A stretch of 64,000 nucleotides of DNA from Eledone cirrhosa. Its lineage: Eukaryota. The position numbers and the translations under genes were made by a program. The notes under the pieces are model-generated. The model was not told the DNA's origin. It saw only the letters and a list, made by a program, of their open reading frames with translations, and made no database searches. Positions within the stretch are counted from its first letter, which is position 1. Each line of letters begins with the position of its first letter. The stretch spans positions 105,152,001 to 105,216,000 of the forward strand of contig OZ024743.1 in NCBI GenBank assembly GCA_964016885.1, given 5' to 3'. Of this stretch, positions 1 to 12,860 are shown in pieces.

Positions 1-3000
1 TACTGGTAGTAGATAGTGAGGGAGAGTTTAGTGGTTATGTATATAGAGAGGAAGATAATGAGTGTGGTGTGGTAGACAGAGGGGTGGTGGAGATTACTGG
101 TAGTAGATAGTGAGGGAGAGTTTAGTGGTTATGTATATAGAGGAAGATAATGAGTGTCGTGTGGTAGACAGAGGGGTGGGGGAGATTACTGGTAGTAGAT
201 AGAGAGGGAGAGTTTAGTGGTTATGTATATAGAGGAAGATAATGAGTGTCGTGTGGTAGACAGAGGGGTGGTGGAGATTACTGGTAGTAGATAGAGAGGG
301 AGAGTGTAGTGGTTATGTATATAGAGAGGAAGATAATGAGTGTCGTGTGGTAGACAGAGGGGTGGTAGAGATTACTGGTAGTAGATAGAGAGGGAGAGTT
401 TACTGGTTATGTATATAGAGAGGAAGATAATGAGTGTCGTGTGGTAGACAGAGGGGTGGTGGAGATTACTAGTAGTAGATAGAGAGAGAGAATTTAGTGG
501 TTATGTATATATAGAGGAAGATAATGAGTGTCGTGTGGTAGACAGAGGGGTGGTGGAGATTACTGGTAGTAGATAGAGAGAGAGAATTTAGTGGTTATGT
601 ATATAGAGAGGAAGATAATGAGTGTCGTGTGGTAGACAGAGGGGTGGTGGAGATTACTGGTAGTAGATAGTGAGGGAGAGTTTAGTGGTTATGTATATAG
701 AGAGGAAGATAATGAGTGTTGTGTGGTAGACAGAGGGGTGGTGGAGATTACTGGTAGTAGATAGAGAGGGAGAGTTTAGTGGTTATGTATATAGAGAGGA
801 AGATAATGAGTGTCGTGTGGTAGACAGAGGGATGGTGGAGATTATTGGTAGTAGATAGAGAGGGAGAGAGTTTAGTGGTTATGTATATAGAGAGGAAGAT
901 AATGAGTGTCGTGTGGTAGACAGAGGGATGGTGGAGATTATTGGTAGTAGATAGAGAGGGAGAGTTTAGTGGTTATGTATATAGAGAGGAAGATAATGAG
1001 TGTCGTGTGGTAGACAGAGGGGTGGTGGAGATTACTGGTAGTAGATAGAGAGAGGGAGAGTTTAGTGGTTATGTATATAGAGAGGAAGATAATGAGTGTC
1101 GTGTGGTAGAAAGAGGGGTCGTGGAGATTACTGGTAGTAGATAGTGAGGGAGAGTTTAGTGGTTATGTATATAGAGAGGAAGATAAGGAGTGTCGTGTCG
1201 TAGACAGAGGGGTGGTGGAGATTACTGGTAGTAGATAGAGAGGGAGAGTTTAGTGGTTATGTATATAGAGGAAGATAATGAGTGTCGTGTGGTAGACAGA
1301 GGGGTGGTGGAGATTACTGGTAGTAGATAGAGAGGGAGTGTTTAGTGGTTATGTATATAGAGGAAGATAATGAGTGTCGTGTGGTAGACAGAGGGGTGGG
1401 GGAGATTACTGGTAGTAGATAGAGAGGGAGAGTTTAGTGGTTATGTATATAGAGAGGAAGATAATGAGTCTCGTGTGGTAGACAGAGGGGTGGTGGAGAT
1501 TAGTGGTAGTAGATAGTGAGGGAGAGTTTAGTGGTTATGTATATAGAGAGGAAGATAATGAGTGTCGTGTGGTAGACAGAGGGGTGGTGGAGATTACTGG
1601 TAGTAGATAGAGAGGGAGAGTTTAGTGGTTATGTATATAGAGGAAGATAATGAGTGTCGTGTGGTAGACAGAGGGGTGGTGGAGATTACTGGTAGTAGAT
1701 AGTGAGGAAGAGTTTAGTGGTTATGTATATAGAGAGGAAGATAATGAGTCTCGTGTGGTAGACAGAGGGATGGTGGAGATTACTGGTAGTAGATAGAGAG
1801 AGGGAGAGTTTAGTGGTTATGTATATAGAGGAAGATAATGAGTGTCGTGTGGTAGACAGAGGGGTGGGGGAGATTACTGGTAGTAGATAGAGAGGGAGAG
1901 TTTAGTGGTTATGTATATAGAGAGGAAGATAATGAGTGTCGTGTGGTAGACAGAGAGGTGGTGGAGATTACTGGTAGTAGATAGAGAGAGGGAGAGTTTA
2001 GTGGTTATGTATATAGAGGAAGGTAATGAGTGTCGTGTGGTAGACAGAGGGGTGGGGGAGATTACTGGTAGTAGATAGAGAGGGAGAGTTTAGTGGTTAT
2101 GTATATAGAGAGGAAGATAATGAGTGTCGTGTGGTAGACAGAGAGGTGGTGGAGATTACTGGTAGTAGATAGAGAGAGGGAGAGTTTAGTGGTTATGTAT
2201 ATAGAGGAAGATAATGAGTGTCGTGTGGTAGACAGAGGGGTGGGGGAGATTACTGGTAGTAGATAGAGAGGGAGAGTTTAGTGGTTATGTATATAGAGAG
2301 GAAGATAATGAGTGTCGTGTGGTAGACAGAGAGGTGGTGGAGATTACTGGTAGTAGATAGAGAGATAGAGTTTAGTGGTTATGTATATAGAGAGGAAGAT
2401 AATGAGTGTCATGTGGTAGACAGAGGGGTGGTGGAGATTACTGGTAGTAGATAGAGAGATAGAGCTTAGTGGTTATGTATATAGAGAGGAAGATAATGAG
2501 TGTCGTGTGGTAGACAGAGAGGTGGTGGAGATTACTGGTAGTAGATAGAGAGATAGAGTTTAGTGGTTATGTATATAGAGAGGAAGATAATGAGTGTCGT
2601 GTGGTAGACAGAGGGGTGGTGGAGATTACTGGTAGTAGATAGTGAGGGAGAGTTTAGTGGTTATGTATATAGAGAGGAAGATAATGAGTGTTGTGTGGTA
2701 GACAGAGGGGTGGTGGAGATTACTGGTAGTAGATAGAGAGGGAGAGTTTAGTGGTTATGTATATAGAGAGGAAGATAATGAGTGTGGTGTGGTAGACAGA
2801 GGGGTGGTGGAGATTACTGGTAGTAGATAGAGAGGGAGTGTTTAGTGGTTATGTATATAGAGAGGAAGATAAGGAGTGTCGTGTGGTAGACAGAGGGGTG
2901 GGGGAGATTACTGGTAGTAGATAGAGAGGGAGAGTTTAGTGGTTATGTATATAGAGGAAGATAATGAGTGTCGTGTGGTAGACAGAGGGGTGGTGGAGAT

Positions 3001-4070
3001 TACTGGTAGTAGATAGAGAGGGAGTGTTTAGTGGTTATGTATATAGAGAGGAAGATAAGGAGTGTCGTGTGGTAGACAGAGGGGTGGGGGAGATTACTGG
3101 TAGTAGATAGAGAGGGAGAGTTTAGTGGTTATGTATATAGAGAGGAAGATAAGGAGTGTCGTGTGGTAGACAGAGGGGTGGGGGAGATTGGAGAGTTTAG
3201 TGGTTATGTATATAGAGGAAGATAATGAGTGTCGTGTGGTAGACAGAGGGGTGGTGGAGATTACTGGTAGTAGATAGAGAGGGAGTGTTTAGTGGTTATG
3301 TATATAGAGAGGAAGATAATGAGTGTCGTGTGGTAGACATAGGGATGGTGGAGATTATTGGTAGTAGATAGTGAGGGAGAGTTTAGTGGCTATGTATATA
3401 GAGAGGAAGATAAGGAGTGTCGTGTGGTAGACAGAGGGGTGGTGGAGATTACTGGTAGTAGATAGAGAGGGAGAGTTTAGTGGTTATGTATATAGAGGAA
3501 GATAATGAGTGTCGTGTGGTAGACAGAGGGGTGGTGGAGATTACTGGTAGTAGATAGAGAGGGAGAGTTTAGTGGTTATGTATATAGAGAGGAAGATAAT
3601 GAGTGTCGTGTGGTAGACAGAGGGGTGGGGGAGATTACTGGTAGTAGATAGAGAGGGAGAGTTTAGTGGCTATGTATATAGAGAGGAAGATAAGGAGTGT
3701 CGTGTGGTAGACAGAGGGGTGGGGGAGATTACCGGTAGTAGATAGAGAGGGAGAGTTTAGTGGTTATGTATATAGAGAGGAAGATAAGGAGTGTCGTGTG
3801 GTAGACAGAGGGGTGGTGGAGATTACTGGTAGTAGATAGAGAGGGAGAGTTTAGTGGCTATGTATATAGAGAGGAAGATAATGAGTCTCGTGTGGTAGAC
3901 AGAGGGGTGGTGGCGATTACTGGTAGTAGATAGAGAGAGAGAGTTTAGTGGTTATGTATATAGAGGAAGATAATGAGTGTCGTGTGGTAGACAGAGGGGT
4001 GGTGGAGATTAGTGGTAGTAGATAGTGAGGGAGAGTTTAGTGGTTATGGATATAGAGAGGAAGATAATGA
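1..4070. repeat. Satellite tandem array, ~92-96 bp monomer, ~43 copies, continues off the left edge
   Basis: Unit tactggtagtagatagagagggagagtttagtggttatgtatatagagaggaagataatgagtgtcgtgtggtagacagaggggtggtggagat recurs with ~94 bp period (starts at 1, 95, ...). The + strand is very C-poor. Confidence 0.97.
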
Positions 4071-6760
4071 GAGGGTGCCCTGTGGCAGAGAGAGGGGAAT
4101 AGAATGCTTGTAGCAGATAGAGAGATGTGTTGGGAGAGAGAGGAGTATGATAGATATAGAGAGGGAGAGATCAGTGATAATGGAATAGAGAGGGGGGAGA
4201 GTTTGTAGGTAGTAGATATAAAGGGGAGTGTTTGGAGAGTGTTGTACGGTAGATATAGAGAGTGGGAGTGTTTGAAGGTAGTAGATATAAAGGGGAGTGT
4301 TGGGAGAGTGTTGTACGGTAGATATAGAGAGGGGGAGAGTTTGCTGGTTATGGATATATATTTCTATTTATTTGCCACCAGGGCATCAAAGATTGGGACA
4401 AATACAAAGGGGGGAGTTTACATACATTTAAAAAGACGTGTAAAAAACATATAAATCAAATTTAACAATCGATGTCCTCAATACGGAGGGGCGTTGACAT
4501 GGGTCGCACACACCCCCGAAAAAATGTGCAACCCTCCTCTTCAGGAGCACAAAGAGCGGGTGCTTCCTTCCTCTTCTCATTCTTCTCCTCTCTCACCTAC
4601 AGGCTGATATAGAGAGAAGGCCCATTCACTCGGGCCATTCTCGCTACTTTCACCCATCTTTCATAAAACTTGCTGGAGTAGAGCACCTCTCTCTCCATTC
4701 TGATCCTTCTTCTAAAGTGGTACTTGAAAAAAAAGACCAGTTGTTGGCCGGAGAGAAAGGTGTCTGACCTCAGCCCTTTCAACCTTGTCCACCATACAAC
4801 TTCTTTCGCCATGGCTATCACACAGAGGAAAACCGCCTCTCCTTCGTTTTTGAAAGGGGGAGGCGGTTTGATTGTGACAATGTTCTCGGTGGTCAACCGG
4901 ATTGGTCCCACCCGCGACAGTAGTCGTTCTACATAGCCCCACAGGTCAGCAACGCCCGGGCAGTGTACGAATGCGTGTGCGACGGTTTCCTCGTCACGCA
5001 CGCATCTTGGACAGATCTTCTTCAAGGGGTCCCTACCCGGGCGCCCGTGTCTGTAGAGCTTGTCCCGAACGGGTAGAGCTCCTCGGTAACATTGCCAAGC
5101 CAGGGACTTTTGGAAGTTGTCCATCGGTCCCGGGCCAAACGTCCTACCGAACAGACTGGCCAGCTCGTCTTCCTCCATGCCCAGAGCCTCTCCGAGAGCG
5201 TCGTCGCACTTACTGCGCACCAACCCTCTATAGAATGTTGAGGTTGAGTCTCCACTGATTGCCGGATCCGCTTGCCAGAGGGCCGTGAGCGCCTGGGCAC
5301 ATTCAATGTGCCAGTCGCCCACTTTTCTCGGTCTTTGCTTGACCCAGGATTGATAGGGAGATAATGTGAACGCCGTGGTTATAGATATAGAGTGGGGGAG
5401 AGTTTGCTGGTAGTAGATATAGAGAGAGGGGTGCTGAGAGAAAGTGTTGTACGGTAGATGTAGTGAGGGGTAGAGATTACAGGTAAAAGATATAGAGAGA
5501 GGTGTTGGGAGAGTGTGTGGTACGGTAGATATACAAAGGGAAAAAGTTTGGTGTAGATATAAAGAGGAATGTTGGATGAGGTATGCGTATCGTAGATATA
5601 GAGGGGAAAATGTTTAGTGGTTATAGAGAAAGATAATGAGTGCCGTGTGGTAGATAGAGAGAGGGGAAAGATTGTTGGTAGTAGATATAGAGGGGGGTGT
5701 TGGGAGAGATAGGTGTATGGTAAATACAAAGGGCGAGAGTTTAGTGGTAATGGATATAGAGAGGGGTGCTGGGAAAGATAGTGTCGTAATAGATATAGAG
5801 AAGGGGAAATATTGGCGTTAGATATAGAGAGGTGGATAATGAGAGAGTGCCATGTGTTTGATATAGAGAGGGGGAGAGTTTAGGTAATGAATAGAATGAG
5901 GGGGTTTAGAAAAAGTGTCGTGTGGTGAATATAGAGAGGGGGAGAGTCTAGTGGCTATGGACATAGAGAGAGAGAGATAGAGAGTAGAGAGAGAGAGATA
6001 ATAGAGTGCCGTGTTGTAGATATAGAGAGGGAGAGAGTTTGGTGGTGGTAGATTTAGAGAGGAGTGTTGGGAGAGAGAGAGTGTCGTAATAGATAGATAT
6101 AAGGAAGGGGATAATGAGAGTGCCGTGTGGTTGATATAGAGAGGGGGAGAGTTTAGGAGTAAAGAATAGAATGAGGGGTATTAGAAGAGTGTCGTATGGT
6201 AAATATAGAGAGGGGGAGAATTTGGTGGTGTTAGATATAGAGAGGGCTGTTGGAAGAGCTGTGTGTATGGTAGTTAGAGTGGTTATGGATATAGAGAGGA
6301 GGATATTGAGAGTGTTGTGGGGTTGATATAGAGAGGGGGTAATTAGTGAGGGGAATTAGAAGAGTATCGTACGCTAGATATAGAGAGGGAGAGAATTTGG
6401 TGGTGGTAGATGTAGAGAGGGGTGTTGGGAGTGCTAGGTGTATGGTAGTTATAGAGAGGGGGTGAGTTTATTGGTTATGGATATAGAGAGGAGGATAATG
6501 AGAGTCATGTGTGGTAGATATAGAGAGGGGTGTTGGAAGAGATAGGTATATGGTAGATATATACAGAGGGAGAGTTTAGAGGTGTTAGATGTAGTGAGAG
6601 GGGATAATGAGAGAGTGCTGTGTGGTAGCTTTATATAAAGAAAGAGTGTGGTAGTAATAGATTAAGAGAGTGGGATTGGGAGAGATAGGTGTAGATAGAA
6701 AGTGGGGCAGAGATTTGTGTTAAGGGAGGGAGTGAATGGAATTGGGAGAGAGTGTTGCGT
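4071..6760. repeat. Degenerate purine-rich proto-satellite flank related to the 94-bp array, interrupted by a LINE at ~4359-5352
   Basis: Repeated gtggtagatatagagagggggagagttt / gataatgagagtgccgtg motifs with irregular period. Confidence 0.85.
4359..5352 (-). mobile_element. 5'-truncated Tx1/L1-type LINE 3' end (ORF2 zinc-binding zf-RVT C-terminus plus 3' UTR)
   Basis: ORF 4597..5322: FQKSLAWQCYRGALPVRDKLYRHG..CPRC..EETVAHAFVHCP..LW is the zf-RVT signature. A-rich tail (aaataaatagaaata) on the minus strand at ~4360. Confidence 0.88.
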
Positions 6761-6768
6761 ATTGTAAA

Positions 6769-7322
6769 CTGGGGGATGTACCCAGCTTCGCCCAGGTTAA
6801 CAGATAAGAGAAGACGGTAGAAGAGAAAATGGCTGTATTGGATATTTGTCTGGTTTACAGTATGAGGCGAGACGGTGGTGTGTGTGTGTGTGTGTGATAA
6901 GAAAAAAAAAGAAGTAAAAAATCTTCCAGATACACCAGATTCTCGATTTACCGTTCGTGCATTGTATATGAAGATTTCTACGTGTTACCTTGGGTAAAAA
7001 GCTATTCTCTAGTATTCAATCCTACAACTTTGAAACTCTGAGCCTGAGCTTTATTTAGGGTCATAGCAAAACTGTCTCTTACAGGGAATTGAAGTTTGGA
7101 GGATTTGAAAGGTAGCTCGGTAGAGTAAGGGATAAGAGGAATCTTGGGAATAAATGCACTTTCTCATTGATGATTGCCTCCAAGAATATTGAACCCAAGG
7201 AGATAGATCATCTTCCGCCTGACTGTAAAGTGTGTGTCATTGCATAGACGTGGCTGATCCAGGTTTCTCAAAGGATGATGGGAGTGCCAATCTTTTATAT
7301 TACATGTAGATATAGATATAGA
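6769..7322 (-). mobile_element. Non-autonomous Helitron
   Basis: On the minus strand it starts A|TCTATATC..TATAAAAG and ends with the hairpin cctgggcgaagctggg + tacatccc + CCAG|T (a CTAG variant). The 3' end resembles the one at 31131-31158. Confidence 0.6.
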
Positions 7323-7359
7323 TAATTATACATCGATAATTATATATATATATATATAT

Positions 7360-8790
7360 GTCTTTTGCTCGTTATGATATCGCGTGTTCGAAGGATTTGG
7401 TTCATTCTATGGTCCTTTTTTTAAGACAGGGATGTTCTGGAGGATGGTGTCGAAGGCCTCATTGTTGAGGGGGTTGTGTGAGGAGATGCATGGAACAGCT
7501 TTTAGTTTCGGTTGATTTACTTTAGGGTGTCTAAGGTCCTGGGTACTGAGTTTTAGGGCACGTTGGATTCCATTGTCAATTAGTGATGCAGGGTAGTCCC
7601 TGCCTATGAGTGTGTCCTTTAGTTCTTGTAGCCGTAAGTAACAGGTGTTTTTATTGGAGACTATAGTACAGATTCTCTTGGCTAAGTTGTAGGGAATATT
7701 AATTTTAACGTGTCTAGGGTGGCAAGAGTTGATTGGAAGATATTGCTTGGAGTCTGTGGGCTTGTAGTATATGTCTGTTTCTATTTTTTTGTTATGAATC
7801 TTAATGAGGATGTTGAGGAAGGGGAGTTGTTGATGGCTGTATTCCATCGTAAAGTTAATATTCGTGTTGAGCCCATTTATAAGGGTGTGAAATTCTTTAA
7901 GTTTCTCGATGTTTTCGTGCCAAAGGATGAAGCAGTCATCTAGATATCGCTTCCAGTTCTTTTCTATGTGTAAGTGAAGAGTGTTTCCAAATTTGTTTAG
8001 TACTTTAGTGTAGAGGGTGATTTCCAGCTATCTCATGACTAGGTTGGCATAAGTGGGGCTGTTTTCGTTCCCATAGCGGTCCCAGATTTCTGCCTGTAGG
8101 ATTTGTTATTGAAAACGAAATAAATGTTCTCCAAGATAAATTTGAGTCGCTCTATCACGAATTCTTTTTTGATGCGTTGTGGGAGTTCATTGTGGTAATT
8201 ATCCAGCCAGAATTGGATAGCTTCTATTCCTAGGTTGTGGGGGATGTTGGAGTATAGGTTGACTACATCGAACGTCACTAGTAGGGTTTGTTCAGAAAGG
8301 GACATATTAGGGAGGTGATTGACATATCTAGGTCGTCTCTTATATAGCTTTTGATGTGTTTGAGAAAAGGCTTGAGAAGGGTATCAATGAAGTTGCTAAG
8401 GCGGTGGGTTTCGCAAGCGGGGCCTGCTATTATAGGTGTTAATTTGAGATCATTGGGTGAGGGACATTGATGACTATGTCTGTGGCTTCCCTGCATGCCT
8501 TATTTATTAATTCGCTTTTATGTACTTTAGGGATACCGTAGAAAAGGCTGGATTTACTTGTGAAGTCTGTGATGAAGCTGAATTCCTTGTTAGTGAGTCC
8601 TTCTTTGTATTGGTTTATCAGAGTTTTTAGGTTTCTCATAATTTTCTGTTTATTGTAGTGTTCAGCCTTTTCGTAGTATGTTTCGTTTTCCAAAGTGGAG
8701 AGCGCTAAGTTGATATAGAATTCTGTCTCCATTAGGACTACTGTACTCCCTTTATCAGCCTCTTTAATTGTAATGGTTCTGTCGGTTTTT
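7360..8790 (-). pseudogene. Penelope-like element reverse transcriptase, frameshifted remnant
   Basis: Successive ORF pieces: IKEADKGSTVVLM, FYGIPKVHK, PIIAGPACETHRLSNFIDTLLKPF, FDVVNLYSNIPH, GTAMGTK, RYLDD (tcatctagatatcg read on minus), LPFL, TDIYYKPTDSKQYL..SCHP. Confidence 0.92.
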
Positions 8791-8867
8791 ATCCATTTAT
8801 TCTTCCCATTCTTTCTTGTTGAAATTTGGCTTGTGTTTTTGTCTGTGCAAGTGTTGGTAAGGGAATA

Positions 8868-9060
8868 TATATATATTAAAGAGTTAAACAAGATTCAATG
8901 AGTACATCAAAGAATGAGTTTTACAGTAGATTGGAAGCACTCTACAGAAATAATTTTCCAGAGTTATTAATATTAATAACTCTGAAATATGTATAATAAA
9001 ATTTAATTGATCAAAAGAACATCTATTTTATTAATATTTGTATTTTAATATGTATACATA
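8868..9060. mobile_element. Rearranged PLE pLTR-tail fragment, same family as 39760-39948
   Basis: Shares gaaatatgtataataaaa..gatcaaaagaacatctattttattaatatttgtattttaat and inverted gtagagtgcttccaatctactgtaaaac with 39820-39948. Flanked by TA runs. Confidence 0.7.
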
Positions 9061-9254
9061 TATGTCCCAAGGCTCTGATACCATCAACACCATAAACACA
9101 GAGCTGGCATATCTTAGAACTGACTAACTGCCTAATGAGGTCATAGCCATTCAATGGCTATCATCGAAATATATATATAGCAGTAAATAAAGGATTATGA
9201 GTTCATGCAATTGACTTATGTTTCGTCACTATATATATATATATATATATATAA

Positions 9255-9660
9255 GAAAAACGATGAAGTTCGTTTACAAAACCCCGTATAGAAACACCAC
9301 CAGTTATGTTGTGGTAGATTTAATCCGAACATAACAAGATGGTTCTTTCGTAAGCTGTATAAGCACTCCGGCCTTGTCTACGTACTGGTTTTGATGTCAA
9401 ATTGCACCCTACCACATGGCTCTTCAGTGAGCTTTGTAGAGTACAAGAATCCGGTTTATTCTGTGATGGATTTGATACCTGGCTAATTTCAAATCCACCA
9501 CCTGCGTCCTGGGTGAATTTCGAAGAGAACATTCTGTTTAAGTATTTGGTCCTGGTTTCTAATCTAAGGATAACTTCTTCCCTTACGCCAACCAGTCACA
9601 GATTTTCTGTAATAGTCATAGATGTCGTCCGTTCTATTCTACCGCCGCTATTATAAAAAG
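9255..9660 (-). mobile_element. Probable degenerate PLE 3' end
   Basis: Minus-strand REEVILRLETRTKYLN resembles a GIY-YIG C-terminus. A decayed ctgaaga..acatcaaaaccagta HHR-like string lies at ~9382-9427. Abuts (TA)n. Confidence 0.4.
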
Positions 9661-10819
9661 CCATTAATGGGCTATCGTTCATGCAGTTTTGTATTATGAT
9701 GCAACTCAAGAGACTGATGTATTGCCATTCTAACTAGCAATATCCAGGGATTGCAGAATTTGAATGTATATAATATGTTAGCTGCATGGAATCTAATATG
9801 TCGTAGCTAATTTACTTGATTCACTCCGTGTTTAAAATATACAGACCGATATATCGAACGTTCTACGTGACCGCTGATATTATTTACGTATTATCCCGCA
9901 GGACTGCATTTTCATCAGTAACTGACTAAACCCTATCGTTTCCTCCCACTTCAGCTCAACCTTTCAAGTCTTAAAACATTCAAATAAACAAAGAAACAAA
10001 TATACAAATAAACACATGAAGCAAATTAAACAAAAAACAAAAAAAAAGCAAAAAAAAACAAACGAAGGAAGGAAAGACGAAACCAAGAGACATTTTAACT
10101 GTTAGATGCTGAAATTAATAAGTTCGGTTTAACCATGTGATAGTTTAATTTGCTTCAGGCAGTTACCTGCTTAATTATAGACAAACCTATATAGCTCCCA
10201 GAGGGTTTGTATCGATTTTTACCTCTTCTATTCAATCTAATGCAAGCTAAGCAGTGTTACATAACTCTGACTACACCAGATCAGCTATAAATTTCATTCA
10301 TTTAAGCAAACTTCTGCTAGAATAATCATCAAGCAGCCTCCACTAATATTTCCTTTTCTTTTCAGGTCTCGGTCTTGATCAATATGGATAATCTGTTCTT
10401 TTCATAGCGTCGTATGGTCAAGTTAATTGCTATAATGATTTCTCGGTCCATCTTTAGTGGCAAGTTTGCCTTCACATCAAGCAATGCAAAAAGCAAAAAA
10501 TAAAACAAAAATACAATGAAACTGACCCCATCATATGCTGTCTTATTTCATTAACCTGACGTCCCTTCATCCATTGACTATCACACAGAATTTATTACCC
10601 TCTACATACTTTATTATATTCCAATCCATCTATTTCTTTCATCAGATTTCTTGCTTTCTATGAACCAGATAACAGCAGAATCAAGAAATTAGAAAATAAA
10701 GAAAAACAAGGCAAAAAGAAATAAAGTGAATAGAGAAAACAACTAGAAAAGAAGAAAATTAAAGAAAAATCTGAATATAAACTCGGCAAATACGTTTCCT
10801 CATGTTGTTACATCTTAGT

Positions 10820-10950
10820 GCGATGGATTGGCAGAAGCGGTAGAGCGTTGGACAGAAAGCTTTGCGGTTTTCAGTTATATATATTTAACTCCTGAGTTCA
10901 AATCCCGCAGATATCAACTTTGATTTTCATCCTTCCGCGGTCGATAAAAG
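10820..10950 (+). mobile_element. tRNA-derived Nin-domain SINE (family 1), partial
   Basis: ttggcagaagcggtagagcg..gagttcaaatcccgc..aactttgattttcatccttccgcggtcgataaaa. Confidence 0.8.
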
Positions 10951-10974
10951 AAAGATAATGAAATAAATCACAGG

Positions 10975-11560
10975 ATTGCGAAAGCTAGTTTTGCCTCCAT
11001 GAAGCACGGGGAGCGAGTCTGGTCAGAACGGGGTATCACGAAAGAGGAAACGTGAACAACGTACGGGCATCATATCAAGCAGTTGGAAAGGTTTCATCAG
11101 CAACATATTCGACGCATCCTGAACATGAAGTTGTTTTCTTACACAACTGATACAGTTCTATATAAGAAAGCGGGTAGCACCTGTATCGAGAAGAGGTTAA
11201 TTATGAGCTAGATGCGTTGTGATCAAAATAGGAGGAAGTAAGACACCCTAAACAGATACTTTATGTGGAGCTGACCAGAGGGAAAAGGTCACAGCACAAA
11301 CCAAAGAAGTAGTTTGTCATAAAAAGACAATCTTAAAGCTCTGAAGTTTGTTACGGATAGCTGGGAGGCTTTGGCTGAACAATCTTATTTCATGGTTAAA
11401 GTTCATCAAATATGGGTGTGATGTCTGAGCGAATGCTGCTTTGAGGTGTTCATTCCTCAAGCGGAGCGCAAGAGCAATGCCAGCTGGAATTGAGGTGCAA
11501 TGCATGTGGATGATTTTTTCTATCAAGAGCTGGATTTGTCAACCATCTAAAGCCACATGA
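10975..11560 (+). pseudogene. RTE (BovB-like) LINE 3' coding remnant
   Basis: Translates to HIKQLERFHQQHIRRILNMK..KKAGSTCIE..RHPKQILYVELTRGKRSQHKPKK, the typical RTE C-terminal region, with stops. Confidence 0.8.
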
Positions 11561-11947
11561 ACTAGGGAGAAATCGAGTCACTTGAGATATGATTCTTCCG
11601 CTTCGTGCCGCGGTATATTTGTAATGAGTGCGGCTTAATTTGCAAGTCACCTAGTGGACTGACCAGAGATGGCAAATACATGAAGACACAACCCAGCCGG
11701 TAGTGCAAGGAGACAGCCAGTTCTTCTGAGGAAGACGGTGTGATATTCAGGAATTTCGTGATTAGATATAGGAAGTGACATAACTATTACCTGCTTGTCA
11801 AAATATCGATCTACCATAATCAACCAGCCCTCTGAAACGATCGTAAAATAATGAAATAATTAAGAACCTCTCTTGGAGGTTTGTTTTATTTTCATTGTTC
11901 AATACACACACACGCGCGCGCACCCACTTACATCCAGTACACACACT

Positions 11948-11989
<42 letters not shown>

Positions 11990-11997
<8 letters not shown>

Positions 11998-12816
11998 AAA
12001 ATAACAGGAGGCTGGACTTGTGTAAATCCTTGAAAGGTTTATTATACTATGATCATTTCAATGACCGGGTTCCATATGAATCCGGTGATATCATCAGGTA
12101 TTCGAAATATAATAAATGAATGTAACAGATAAAATCCATGGGGCTGAAAATCATAGACCCGAGGACGACCGACCATTTAGCATCTTCCACTTTAGCCGGT
12201 CGCCCTCAAGTGCTGCCCATTCAGCCTACTTAAGGCTATCTGGTGAGGGGGCTAAAGTTTATATTGTGCTACTAACCTCCCGGTCAAAGAGAAGAAAAAC
12301 AGAAAGGAAGAAGAAAAGTCAGCATTAATGTCATGCTACAAGAAAAAAGACAGAAAGAAAGAGGAAGAAAAGTCAGTATTAATGTCATGCTACAGTCAGG
12401 TCAGGAATTGCCGCGAAAAAAGTTATTCTAAAGGACCCGTATCTTAACAGAGGTGTATATTATAACAGAGGTATATATAGTGGGGGTCTACATGGTATAA
12501 TGTGTGAACAGAAGATTGGAACGTTAAATTTTGTTTAGATTTATAGAATGAAGTTAAACAAATTAAAGATTAACATTATAAAATTAAAAAATTAGAAAAT
12601 TGAAAATGAAACAGTTTAAAAAAATGTTTAAGGTTTCGGGTTGCGAGGTTTAGTTAAAGAAAGAGTCTTTTATGAAGAAACTTTAATTGTATTATAGAGA
12701 TCCTCTATAAGTTATCCAAGTGGGATGTAGAGTAAATATTATGTCCTTGTTTAGCAGTCAAACAGCATGCGGCGACTGCAGACTCCGGCCAGCCCATCCT
12801 AACCACGTGTCAGCCA

Positions 12817-12820
<4 letters not shown>
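11990..12820 (-). mobile_element. PLE 3' end / pLTR between two (TA)n tracts
   Basis: Bounded by (TA)n at 11950-11991 and 12820-12856. Carries an HHR at 12044-12101 and an internal ~50-bp tandem duplication at ~12300-12393. Confidence 0.65.
12044..12101 (-). ncRNA. Type I hammerhead ribozyme motif
   Basis: Minus strand: atac CTGATGA tatcaccggattc atatg gaacccggtcatt GAAA TGATCA TA gtat. Stems I and II pair; stem III is palindromic. Confidence 0.82.

Positions 12821-12860
<40 letters not shown>

Noticed and set aside
1-4070. CRISPR-like array
   Set aside because: No unique spacers; whole units repeat; eukaryotic context
10340-10490. Splice-acceptor-like ttttcttttcag and a short minus-strand frame
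   Set aside because: No recognisable product or partner exon; could be chance in AT-rich DNA
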